Made by a program: the position numbers and the translations under genes. A stretch of 64,000 nt of DNA from an uncultured Clostridia bacterium (lineage in GTDB: Bacteria > Bacillota > Clostridia > Christensenellales > Aristaeellaceae), in contig CALNAU010000101.1 in the NCBI GenBank assembly GCA_937874275.1, positions 9,288 to 73,287 on the forward strand, read 5' to 3'. The notes beneath the pieces were generated by a model. It saw only the letters and a program-made list of their open reading frames with translations. It had not been told where the DNA came from and did not search any database. This document shows positions 9,162 through 17,858 of this stretch, piece after piece; position 1 is the stretch's first letter, and the number at the start of each line of letters is the position of its first letter.

Positions 9162-10226
9162 TTATTCGGCAGCACCCGCCGGGAACCGCATCACATCCGC
9201 AATCTCCAGCTCGCTGTCATCCTGAATGCGCTGCAATATGCGCGCCTTGTCCTCGCCCTCGGCGGGGATGGGGCGAAAGTCATTGGCCGGGCGTGAGCCG
9301 GTGGTGAACACCGGAATGAGCGTCAGCGTGGTCTCCCGCAGCGCGGTGCCGTCAAAATCCAGCCGTACCTGCACCATGAAGGCCTCAAACTCGGTCAGCT
9401 TCAGGTTGCCGCCGAACACAAAATTGCCCAGGGAGTAGACAATCAGGCCGTTGTTATACTGCTCGATGCCCTGCACCACATGGGGGTGCGCGCCGATGAT
9501 CAAGTCGGCCCCGGCGTCAATGATTTCATGGGCCATGCGGGTCTGCAGCTTGTTATGGTGGTTGTCGTACTCCTTGCCGGCGTGGATGGTGTAGACGATG
9601 TAGTGGCAGCCCTGCTCCTTTAGCTGCTGAATTTCCTCGCCCGGCAGATTGGGCTTCTGGCGGAAGGTGGTCTCCCGAATGCCGCCAAAGCCGATTTTGA
9701 GGCCGTCCTTCTCCCACACATACAGGTCGCCGTAGCCAAAGTAGGGGATGCCGTTGTCCTCCAGCGCCTTCTTGGTGGTGCGGCGGCCGGCGTTGCCATA
9801 GTCGCGCACATGGTTGTTGGCCAGGCCCGCCAGCTCGATGCTGCCGGCAGGCAGAATCTGGGCAAAGTCGGTCGGCCCGCGGAACCAGTGCAGCTTACCC
9901 TCCTCGCGTCCCGCGCGGTCATCCTTCAGCACGCCCTCCAGGTTAATCACGCTCAGGTCGTCGGCGCTGAGGATGTGCTGCACGCCCGAAAAGGGCCACG
10001 CGTAGCCCTCATCCTGGATGGCGGTATCAAAGCTTTCGGGCAGCTTGCGGCTTTTCTCCTCGCTGCCGATGATGCAGTCGCCCATGAAGGTCATGGTGAG
10101 GGAGGTTGGCCCGAAGGGCGCGGGGCTGATAGCCGCCGGCTCCTCAGGCAGCGCTGCCGGCGCCAGAAGGCACAGCAGCAGGGACAGGCACAGTATGTGA
10201 AATAAAGGGGAGCGGTGTTTCTTCAA
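9162..10226 (-). CDS. CapA family metallophosphatase-like protein, secreted
   Basis: 354 aa with signal peptide MKKHRSPLFHILCLSLLLCLLAPAA. CapA/PGA_cap motifs (FMGD, ANNH, HAGKEY, GAHPH). Confidence 0.75.
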   Translation of the reverse strand: MKKHRSPLFHILCLSLLLCLLAPAALPEEPAAISPAPFGPTSLTMTFMGDCIIGSEEKSRKLPESFDTAIQDEGYAWPFSGVQHILSADDLSVINLEGVLKDDRAGREEGKLHWFRGPTDFAQILPAGSIELAGLANNHVRDYGNAGRRTTKKALEDNGIPYFGYGDLYVWEKDGLKIGFGGIRETTFRQKPNLPGEEIQQLKEQGCHYIVYTIHAGKEYDNHHNKLQTRMAHEIIDAGADLIIGAHPHVVQGIEQYNNGLIVYSLGNFVFGGNLKLTEFEAFMVQVRLDFDGTALRETTLTLIPVFTTGSRPANDFRPIPAEGEDKARILQRIQDDSELEIADVMRFPAGAAE

Positions 10227-10257
10227 CAGTCTTCCTTTCGGTTCTGTGGGGAAGGGG

Positions 10258-10908
10258 TTACTTCTTCAGTTTGATTTTCGCCGCCACCATCTGCGCCGCG
10301 CCGTCATACTCTTCGCGCGGGATGTGCAGCGTCATGAAAACAAAGGCATAGGGGCGAAACAGCTTGATGCGTCCGGCCCGCGGGCGCAGGGCGTAGCGCT
10401 TGGCGTCCTGCCACACCAGATACTCCTCGTGCGCCATCATGAAGGGGACGCCGTCCGCGTTTTGCTGGATGGCGCGCTTGTCGTAGCGCAGGCCGCGCGA
10501 CCAGCAGTGCAGCCGGGTGGGCTTAATCCATGTGCGTTTGAGCGCGCCCTTGGGGTCCAGCACATACTGCACGTTCTCATGTCCCTGCATGGCTAATACC
10601 AGCAGGGCGATGGCCACAGCACCCATGAAAGCCTGCACCATCGCGGGCAGAATGCCCGAATTGGTCAGGAAGCTCATCGCCTGGGCGCCGGTGAGGATAT
10701 ACTCCATCACAAACATCACCACAATCAGCACCGCCAGCGCAATCACCGGGATGCGCAGCACCCGGCCCAGCTTGACCACGTCGCCCAGCGGCAGGCGGTA
10801 GTCGCTCCATATATAGCGCGCGGCCGTGCCCGGCAGGTTTTTGCCGCAGCTGTCGCAGGTGTTGTGCATGTTCTGGCGCTGGCATTTGGCGCAGTAGTAG
10901 ATCAGCAT
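10258..10908 (-). CDS. hypothetical membrane protein: N-terminal CxxC...CxxC zinc ribbon, 2 TM segments, ~100-aa C-terminal domain
   Basis: Track ORF 10258..11343 trimmed to ATG 10908 behind CAGGAGGAAG. YYCAKCQRQNMHNTCDSCGK, followed by two hydrophobic helices. 31 nt upstream of capA on the same strand. Confidence 0.6.
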   Translation of the reverse strand: MLIYYCAKCQRQNMHNTCDSCGKNLPGTAARYIWSDYRLPLGDVVKLGRVLRIPVIALAVLIVVMFVMEYILTGAQAMSFLTNSGILPAMVQAFMGAVAIALLVLAMQGHENVQYVLDPKGALKRTWIKPTRLHCWSRGLRYDKRAIQQNADGVPFMMAHEEYLVWQDAKRYALRPRAGRIKLFRPYAFVFMTLHIPREEYDGAAQMVAAKIKLKK

Positions 10909-11021
10909 ACTTCCTCCTGGTGAATGTCGCTTTTCAGTATACCAGACCGGGCGGCGGCGGGGCAAATGCGGCGCTTGATTGTTACAACAGGATTTGTGAT
11001 AGATTCCACAAGCCCTTTTGC

Positions 11022-11051
11022 TTGACATGGCGTTTGTGGTTGACTTATGAT
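11022..11051 (+). promoter_or_regulatory. predicted promoter of the sugar ABC operon
   Basis: TTGACA (11022-27), 18-nt spacer, TATGAT (11046-51). About 114-nt leader before ATG 11165. Confidence 0.4.
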
Positions 11052-11164
11052 AATGGAGACACAGGAACCTATATCTATGGCGGCATGATTGGATGCTGTC
11101 AACTTGGTGGACATGCTCAGCGCAGATTGGCGCTGTTGCATCAATAGCATAAGGAGGACCCAAG

Positions 11165-12439
11165 ATGAAGAGACTCTTTGCCCTCGTACTCAGCCTGGCG
11201 CTGCTGCTGTCGCTGGCGCCCGTGCAGGCGGAAAAGCCTTTTGAAGGCACCGAGCTGCGCGTGCTGCTGGCCAACCACATGTGGTCCAACGCCCTGGAAC
11301 CGCACCTGAAGGAGTTTACCGACCTGACGGGCATCAAGCTCAACGTGGAGATGTACGCCGAGGATCAGCTCAGCCAGAAGCTGGCCATCGAGCTGGCCGG
11401 CCAGAGCAAGGACCTGGACGTGTTCATGACCCGTCCGCTGCAGGAAGCCAAGCAGATGATTGCCAATGGCTGGCTGTACGATGTGACCCCCCTGCTGAAC
11501 GACCCGGAGATGGACAAGGCCGACTTCTTTGAGGCCACGCTGGCGCTGTACAACAACGGCGAGCAGTACTATGGCATCCCGCTGGTCACCGAGCGGGAAA
11601 TCCTCTACTACCGCACCGACCTGTTTGAGGAGGCCGGCATCGCCGTGCCCACCACGCTGGACGAGCTGTGGGCCGCCGCTGAGGCGCTGACCGATGTGGA
11701 TGCCGGCATCTACGGCATCGTGTCCCGCGGCCTGACCGCCGCCGCCGTCACCCAGTTCTCGGGCTACCTGTACTCCATGGGCGGCGACTGGATGGATGCC
11801 GAGGGCAACGCCGCCATCAACAGCCCCGAGGCCGTCAAGGCGCTCAAGTTCTACGGCGACATGCTGCGTGAGTTCGGACCTCCCGGTGTCACCGCCATGC
11901 ACTGGCAGCAGTGCGCCGCGCTGTATGCCTCCGGCAAGGCCGCCATGTACACCGAGGCCGACGCCATCTTCAACAACGCTGTCAACGCGGCCGAGTCCGT
12001 GGTGGCCGACAAGACCGGCTACGCCCTGTTCCCGGGTGACAGCTTCTACAACATCCCCTCCTGGGGCCTGTCCATGGGCGCCTTCACCGAGAAGGCTGAC
12101 GCCGCCACGGCCTTCATCAAGTGGGCCGCCGGCAAGGACATGACCGCCACCCTGCAGGCCGCCGGCGTGCCCGGCGCGCGCGTGTCGGTCTACGGCATCC
12201 CGGAGGCCAACGTGGCCTTCCCGCCGCAGCTGGTTGAAGTCATCGCCGCTGCCGGCACCAAGAACACCAAGGGCTATGACCGCCCGCTGATTACCTCCGT
12301 CTCCAAGGCCCGCGATTACATCGGCCAGGCCATCGTTGCCGCCATTGAGGGCGGGGACGTGGAGGCCGCCGCTGAGGAAGCCAACCGCCGCTTCCAGTCC
12401 GTCATCGAAGAGGACCGCGCTGCCGAACAGAAACAATAA
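11165..12439 (+). CDS. ABC transporter substrate-binding protein (carbohydrate, SBP family 1)
   Basis: 424 aa. AAGGAGGA RBS. Signal peptide MKRLFALVLSLALLLSLAPVQA. Followed by two MalF/MalG-type permease genes. Confidence 0.8.
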   Translation: MKRLFALVLSLALLLSLAPVQAEKPFEGTELRVLLANHMWSNALEPHLKEFTDLTGIKLNVEMYAEDQLSQKLAIELAGQSKDLDVFMTRPLQEAKQMIANGWLYDVTPLLNDPEMDKADFFEATLALYNNGEQYYGIPLVTEREILYYRTDLFEEAGIAVPTTLDELWAAAEALTDVDAGIYGIVSRGLTAAAVTQFSGYLYSMGGDWMDAEGNAAINSPEAVKALKFYGDMLREFGPPGVTAMHWQQCAALYASGKAAMYTEADAIFNNAVNAAESVVADKTGYALFPGDSFYNIPSWGLSMGAFTEKADAATAFIKWAAGKDMTATLQAAGVPGARVSVYGIPEANVAFPPQLVEVIAAAGTKNTKGYDRPLITSVSKARDYIGQAIVAAIEGGDVEAAAEEANRRFQSVIEEDRAAEQKQ

Positions 12440-12520
12440 ACCCACCAAAGGGGCTGCCGCTTGTTTGCGGCAGCCCCTGTCCCGTTTTGGCGCTGCCGAT
12501 TGTTTGGGAGGTCTGTGCCT

Positions 12521-13399
12521 ATGAGCCGTTGGGTGGATAAACACCTGAAAATCATTTTTATTACGCCCTGCCTGCTGTTTATTTTGTTCATGGTGGTGTT
12601 TCCCTTGGGGTACAACATTTACATGAGCACCAGCAAGTGGAGCATGTCTGCGCTGTCCAGCCCGGAGTTTGTGGGCGCCAGCAACTACCTGATGCTGTTC
12701 CGCTCGCCCCGCTTCTGGAGCGCGGTGGGCCGCACGCTGTACTACGCCTTTGTGGCGGTGGGCATCCAGACGCTGCTGGGCATCGGCATCGCCCAGATGC
12801 TCAACCGCAGCTTCTTTGGCAAGGGCGTGGCCAAGACCCTGTTTTTGCTGCCGGTGGTCGCCACCCCGGTGGCCGTGGGCATGGTGTGGCAGATGATTTA
12901 CGAGCCCACCATCGGCCTGGGCAACGCCATTTTGACCGGCATGGGCTTCCCCCGCCAGCTGTTTCTGGGCTCGTCGGCCTCGGCGCTCAACGCGCTGATT
13001 TTCATCGACGTGTGGGAGTGGACGCCCATGGTGATGCTGATGGTGCTGGCCGGCATGGTGGCCATCCCCAAGGACCCGTATGAGTCCGCCGTGGTGGATG
13101 GGGCCACCGCCTTTCAGCGCTTCCGCTACATCACGCTGCCGCTGGCCAGCCCCACCATTCTGGTGGCGGTGCTGCTGCGGCTGATAGATGCCATCAAAAC
13201 CTTTGACATCATCTACGCCACCACCAAGGGCGGGCCGGGCTTCGCCACGGAAACCATCAACATCTACGCCACGCTGGCCACCTTCCAGTACTACAGCTTT
13301 GGTGAGGGAGCGGCGATTACCATGTGCTTCTTCGTCATCGTGATGAGCATGGCCATCATGTTCAACGCGGCCAAGAAGCGGGTGGAGGTGGAGTACTGA
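12521..13399 (+). CDS. carbohydrate ABC transporter permease (MalF/UgpA-like)
   Basis: Track ORF 12461..13399 trimmed to ATG 12521 behind GGGAGG. Polytopic, with an EAA-type loop (DPYESAVVDGATAFQRFRYITLP). Confidence 0.8.
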   Translation: MSRWVDKHLKIIFITPCLLFILFMVVFPLGYNIYMSTSKWSMSALSSPEFVGASNYLMLFRSPRFWSAVGRTLYYAFVAVGIQTLLGIGIAQMLNRSFFGKGVAKTLFLLPVVATPVAVGMVWQMIYEPTIGLGNAILTGMGFPRQLFLGSSASALNALIFIDVWEWTPMVMLMVLAGMVAIPKDPYESAVVDGATAFQRFRYITLPLASPTILVAVLLRLIDAIKTFDIIYATTKGGPGFATETINIYATLATFQYYSFGEGAAITMCFFVIVMSMAIMFNAAKKRVEVEY

Positions 13400-14550
13400 T
13401 GTTGACCAAACGCAAAAACCCATTCGCCAGCACCGGGAAAAATGTGCTGACCGTGCTGGGCGTGCTGCTGTTTATTATCGGCGTGGTGCTGGCCTGGCGC
13501 GGCTGGGGCACCACCGTCAAGGTGGGCAACTATGCGGATACCCTGGGGGTAGACCGCGGCACCTTGAGCGAGATTCGCCGCGATGTGGAGGACCTGGGCG
13601 ACGATTACCGCAAGGCGACCATTGAGCAGAAGTACAATATCCGCATCGGCCGGCTAAGCATGAAGTCCATCCCCTCCACCGGCCAGATGGCGTCCGCGCC
13701 CTGGCTGCTGGGCCTGGGCATCCTGCTGATGGCGGGCAGCCTGTTCCTGCCGCAGGTGGGCAAGTATGTGTTGATTTATGGTGTGCTGCTGGTGACGGTG
13801 TTCCCTTTCTTCTGGATGGTGCTGGCCTCGTTCAAAAACAACGTGGACATCATCGACGCCACCCGCGGCATGTTCGATTTCACGCCCACCACGCGCAACT
13901 ATGAGTCCGTCTTTGAACAATATAATTTCATACGTCCCACCATCAACAGCTTCTATGTGGCGCTGATGTCCACAGGCCTGGGGCTCATCATCGGCCTGCC
14001 TGCGGCCTATGCGGTCGCCCGCTGGCGGTTGTACAAAATCAGCCTGGTCATCCTAGTGGTGCGCATGATTCCGGGCATCACCTTCCTGGTGCCCTGGTAT
14101 TTGCTGTTCCTGCAGCTGGGCCTCACCAACACCTTCACCGCGCTCATCATGAGCCACCTGCTGGTGGCCCTGCCCTTCATCATCTGGATCATGGTGCCCT
14201 TTTTCGGCAATGTGCCCCGCGAGCTGGAGGAGGCCGCCTGGGTGGATGGCAGCGCCCAATGGCGCACCTTCCTCACCATGGTGCTGCCGGTGTCCGTGCC
14301 GGGCATCCTGACGGCCTCGCTGCTGGCGTTCATTTTCTCGTGGAACAACTTCATGTTCTCCCTCACCTTGTCCGGCGCCAAGACTGCCACACTGCCCATC
14401 GCCATCTATGGCTTCGTGGGCTATGCTTCGGTGGATTGGGGCGGCCTGATGGCGGCAGCCGTGTTCATCACCCTGCCCATCATTCTGCTGAGCATGTTCA
14501 TGCAGAAGTACATCATCTCCGGCCTGACCGCCGGCGCGGTGAAGGGATAA
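13399..14550 (+). CDS. carbohydrate ABC transporter permease (MalG/UgpE-like) with ~110-aa N-terminal extension
   Basis: Track ORF 13324..14550 trimmed to ATG 13399, which shares an ATGA overlap with the upstream stop. EAA loop ELEEAAWVDGSAQWRTF. Two extra N-terminal TM helices. Confidence 0.75.
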   Translation: MLTKRKNPFASTGKNVLTVLGVLLFIIGVVLAWRGWGTTVKVGNYADTLGVDRGTLSEIRRDVEDLGDDYRKATIEQKYNIRIGRLSMKSIPSTGQMASAPWLLGLGILLMAGSLFLPQVGKYVLIYGVLLVTVFPFFWMVLASFKNNVDIIDATRGMFDFTPTTRNYESVFEQYNFIRPTINSFYVALMSTGLGLIIGLPAAYAVARWRLYKISLVILVVRMIPGITFLVPWYLLFLQLGLTNTFTALIMSHLLVALPFIIWIMVPFFGNVPRELEEAAWVDGSAQWRTFLTMVLPVSVPGILTASLLAFIFSWNNFMFSLTLSGAKTATLPIAIYGFVGYASVDWGGLMAAAVFITLPIILLSMFMQKYIISGLTAGAVKG

Positions 14551-14629
14551 GGGTGGAGATGGGAAACGCTTGGGCCCTATCTTGGAAGCGAGGGCCCAAT
14601 CCCCCAAAAACTTTCATGGTGTCTTTTCC

Positions 14630-14652
14630 AAAGCAACATCGCGTTGCTTTTT
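14630..14652 (+). terminator. intrinsic terminator after the ABC importer operon
   Basis: AAAGCAAC (14630-37), loop ATCGC, GTTGCTTT (14643-50), then TT. Confidence 0.5.
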
Positions 14653-14701
14653 CTTGATGGGAAGGGCTGGTATGATTTGCGTGAAAGGGGGGGGCGAGAA
14701 A

Positions 14702-15163
14702 ATGACCATCGGTGAGTCGCTCAAATCGCTGCGCGAGCAGCATGGTTTCACGCAAGAAGAATTGGCCCACAGGCTGCACATCACCCGCCAGGCGGTCAGC
14801 CGGTGGGAGAACGGCGAGACCGAGCCCAACACGGAATCCCTCAAGCTGATTTCCCGCCTGTTTGGCGTATCCATCAACACCCTGCTGGGGGCGCCACGGC
14901 AGCTTATCTGCCAGTGCTGCGGCATGCCGCTGCATGAGGATGAGTTCATCAGCCGCGAGCCCGACGGCAGCCTGCGGGAGGACTACTGCCGCTGGTGCTA
15001 TATGGATGGCGGCTTTGTCTACCAAGACCTGGACAGCGTCATCCACGCCTGCGTGCCCAACATGGTCAAGCAGTATGATATGAGCGAGCAAGCCGCTCGG
15101 CGCATGCTGCTGGACACCCTGCCCGGGCTTGCCCACTGGCGCGGGACGGCGCGGGAGGAATGA
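14702..15163 (+). CDS. XRE-family HTH transcriptional regulator with C-terminal Cys-rich zinc-ribbon domain
   Basis: Track ORF 14570..15163 trimmed to ATG 14702. HTH motif FTQEELAHRLHITRQAVSRWENGETEP. C-terminal CQCCGMPL...YCRWC. Confidence 0.75.
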   Translation: MTIGESLKSLREQHGFTQEELAHRLHITRQAVSRWENGETEPNTESLKLISRLFGVSINTLLGAPRQLICQCCGMPLHEDEFISREPDGSLREDYCRWCYMDGGFVYQDLDSVIHACVPNMVKQYDMSEQAARRMLLDTLPGLAHWRGTAREE

Positions 15164-15167
15164 CCTG

Positions 15168-15920
15168 ATGGACAGCACCTATATCACCCTGACCCCAGAT
15201 AACCTGGCGCGTGAGCACCTGTGCTGCGCCATCGCCGACAAGCGGCATCAGCAGGGCGTGGCGGACAAAAAGACATGGCTGGCTACGCGAGTGCCGCAGG
15301 GCCATGTGTTTCGCAAGCTGGATGCGCGGGGCAAGGTGTTCATCGAGTACGCGCCGCTGGAACAAGCGTGGGTTTCGGTGGAAGGCCCTGGTTACCTGTA
15401 TATCCACTGCCTGTGGGTGTCGGGCAGCTACAAGGGCAAAGGCCACGGCGGTGCTCTGCTGGATAGTTGTATTCAGGAAGCGCGGGCACAGGGAAGCGCC
15501 GGCGTATGTGTGCTCAGCGCCGACAGAAAAAAGCCGTTTTTGTCCGAGAAGGGCATTTTTGTCAAGCACGGCTTTGAGGTGGTGGATACGCTGCCCGGCG
15601 GGTACGAGTTGCTGGCCCTCTCATTGGACGGCAGCAAACCGCGCTTTGCCGATACGGCCAGGGCCATGCGCATCCCGGAGCAGGATTTGACCATCTACCA
15701 CTCGCCCCAGTGTCCCTACATCGCCGATTGTCTGCAGCAGGTGCGGGCTGTGTGCGAGCGGGAGGGCATTCCCTTGCGGCTAATCCCGGTGGAAAGCGCC
15801 GCCCAGGCCAAGGCGCTGCCCGGTGTATTCAACAACTGGGCTGTGTTTTACAAGGGCCGGTTTCAAACCTTGCACCTGCTCAACGAGGGGTATCTGATGA
15901 AAATGCTGGCGAGCGCGTAG
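15168..15920 (+). CDS. GNAT N-acetyltransferase with YoaP-like C-terminal domain
   Basis: Track ORF 15129..15920 trimmed to ATG 15168, 4 nt after the upstream stop. GNAT core (GKGHGGALLD) and a C-terminal thioredoxin-like YoaP-type segment (IYHSPQCPY). Confidence 0.65.
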   Translation: MDSTYITLTPDNLAREHLCCAIADKRHQQGVADKKTWLATRVPQGHVFRKLDARGKVFIEYAPLEQAWVSVEGPGYLYIHCLWVSGSYKGKGHGGALLDSCIQEARAQGSAGVCVLSADRKKPFLSEKGIFVKHGFEVVDTLPGGYELLALSLDGSKPRFADTARAMRIPEQDLTIYHSPQCPYIADCLQQVRAVCEREGIPLRLIPVESAAQAKALPGVFNNWAVFYKGRFQTLHLLNEGYLMKMLASA

Positions 15921-15986
15921 CGGCTGGTTTGTCTCTAATCAAGCGGGCGTGGTATACTCATGGCACCACTGAGTACCAAGGAGCGC

Positions 15987-17858
15987 ATGATGGAATTGCC
16001 ACTGGATATGTCCCCGGAGCAGTTGAAGCAGATGACCCAGCAGCAGGTGGAGGAACTGATCCCCCTGCTGCGCGAGCAGATTGTGGACGCGGTGTCCCGC
16101 ACAGGCGGCCACCTGGCCAGCAACCTGGGCGTGGTGGAACTGACCGTCGCCCTGCACCGCGTGTTTGACAGCCCCGCGGACAAAATTGTGTTTGATGTAG
16201 GGCATCAGTGCTATGCCCACAAGATATTGACCGGCCGGGGCGGGGAGATGGATACCCTGCGCCAGTATGAGGGTATCTCCGGCTTCCCCAAGCGGGAGGA
16301 AAGCGAGCACGATGCCTACGGCACCGGCCATGCCTCCACCGCCATTTCGGCCGCCCTGGGCCTGGCCCGCGCGCGGGATTTGCAGGGCGAGCAGGGGCAT
16401 GTCATCGCCGTGGTGGGCGATGGCGCGCTCACCGGCGGCATGAGCTACGAGGCCATGAACGATGCCGGCTGCGGCCGCACCCGGTTGATTGTTATCCTCA
16501 ATGACAACCAGATGAGCATCGCGCCCAATGTGGGCGCGGTCAGCCGCTACCTCACCTACCTGCGCACCAGCAAGGGCTGGCTGGGCGCCAAGCGCGCGGT
16601 AGCCGAGGCATTGAAAAAGACGCCGCTGGTGGGCAGGTCGCTGCACCATTTGCTGCAGCGGTGGAAGAATCATATCCGCAACGTGTTCGTGAAGGACCGG
16701 TTTTTCCAGGCCTTCGGCTTCCGCTACCTGGGCCCGGTGGATGGGCACGATGAGCAGGGGCTGGAGCATTTTCTGATGCGCGCCAAGCGCCTGACCGAGC
16801 CTGTGCTGCTGCACATCGTCACCACCAAGGGCAAGGGCTACGCCGTGGCCGAAAACAACCCCAGCCGCGCGCACGGCATGCCGGCCTTTGACCCGCAGGA
16901 CGGGTCGCCCCGCGTGCGCTCGGTGGCGCGCAGCTTTGGCACCGCGGCGGGCGAGCTGCTCACCCGCCTGGCGGAGGAGGACCCGCGCATCGTGGCCATC
17001 ACGGCCGCCATGGCGGATTCCACCGGGCTTACCCCCTTCCAGAAGCGCTTCCCCAACCGTCTGTTTGACGTGGGCATCGCCGAGGAGCACGCGGTCACCC
17101 TGGCGGCCGGGCTGGCTGCCGGCGGGTTGCGGCCGGTGGTGGCCATCTACGATACCTTTATGCAGCGCGCCTACGATCAGGTGATGGTTGACGTCTGCCT
17201 GCAAAGGCTGCCGGTCACCTTTTTGATTGACCGCGCGGCCATTGGCGGCGAGGATGGCCCCACCCACCACGGCGTGTGGGGCACGGCGTTTTTACGGCAC
17301 ATTCCGGGGCTGACGCTGCTCAACCCCCGCTCGGTGGACGAGCTGGCGCACATGCTGCTGTGGGCGATGAAGCACGATGGCCCCGTAGCCATCCGCTACC
17401 CGCGGGCCGAGCATATGCTGCAGGCCAAGTACCCCTGCGCCGGGTTTGAGCCGGGCCGCTGGGAAGCGCTGGAGGCGGGGGAAGACCTGGCGCTGATTGC
17501 CACCGGGCCCATGGTGGCCGAGGCTCTGAAGGCGCGGCGCGCGCTGGCCGGGCAGGGCATCCGCGCCTCCGTCATCAACGCCTCCACCATCAAGCCGCTG
17601 GACGAGGGGGTCATTGGCCGCCTGTCCGCCGCCGGCACGCCCTACATGGTGCTGGAGGAGCAGGCGCTGGCGGGCGGCCTGGGCAGCGCCATTTGCGAGT
17701 GCTGTGTGCAGCGGGGGTTCAAGCCGCCCGTTCACATCTTCGCCTTGCCGGACGAATTTATCCCCCACGGCAGCCATGATCGCCTGCTCAAGCACCTGCA
17801 TATGGATGGCGACAGCATCGCCGCCACCATCGCTGGGCTGATGGAGCGCATCGCGTGA
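15987..17858 (+). CDS. dxs: 1-deoxy-D-xylulose-5-phosphate synthase
   Basis: Motifs GGHLASNLGVVELTVALH and GDGALTGGMSYEAMN (ThDP motif), with three transketolase-like domains. The start is ambiguous among 15960, 15987 and 15990; an AAGGAG RBS favours the ATGATG pair. Confidence 0.9.
   Translation: MMELPLDMSPEQLKQMTQQQVEELIPLLREQIVDAVSRTGGHLASNLGVVELTVALHRVFDSPADKIVFDVGHQCYAHKILTGRGGEMDTLRQYEGISGFPKREESEHDAYGTGHASTAISAALGLARARDLQGEQGHVIAVVGDGALTGGMSYEAMNDAGCGRTRLIVILNDNQMSIAPNVGAVSRYLTYLRTSKGWLGAKRAVAEALKKTPLVGRSLHHLLQRWKNHIRNVFVKDRFFQAFGFRYLGPVDGHDEQGLEHFLMRAKRLTEPVLLHIVTTKGKGYAVAENNPSRAHGMPAFDPQDGSPRVRSVARSFGTAAGELLTRLAEEDPRIVAITAAMADSTGLTPFQKRFPNRLFDVGIAEEHAVTLAAGLAAGGLRPVVAIYDTFMQRAYDQVMVDVCLQRLPVTFLIDRAAIGGEDGPTHHGVWGTAFLRHIPGLTLLNPRSVDELAHMLLWAMKHDGPVAIRYPRAEHMLQAKYPCAGFEPGRWEALEAGEDLALIATGPMVAEALKARRALAGQGIRASVINASTIKPLDEGVIGRLSAAGTPYMVLEEQALAGGLGSAICECCVQRGFKPPVHIFALPDEFIPHGSHDRLLKHLHMDGDSIAATIAGLMERIA

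Noticed and set aside
10258-11343. Long N-terminal extensions of several track ORFs: 10258..11343, 36762..37658, 21405..21977, 25710..26684, 41780..42334, 48952..49920, 1053..1865, 13324..14550 and 43272..44570.
   Set aside because: The extended parts are Arg/Pro/Gly-rich or cross promoter/RBS sequence and neighbouring genes. In each case an internal ATG preceded by a GGAGG-type RBS, or an ATGA stop/start overlap, begins the recognisable domain or signal peptide. I therefore trimmed the starts.
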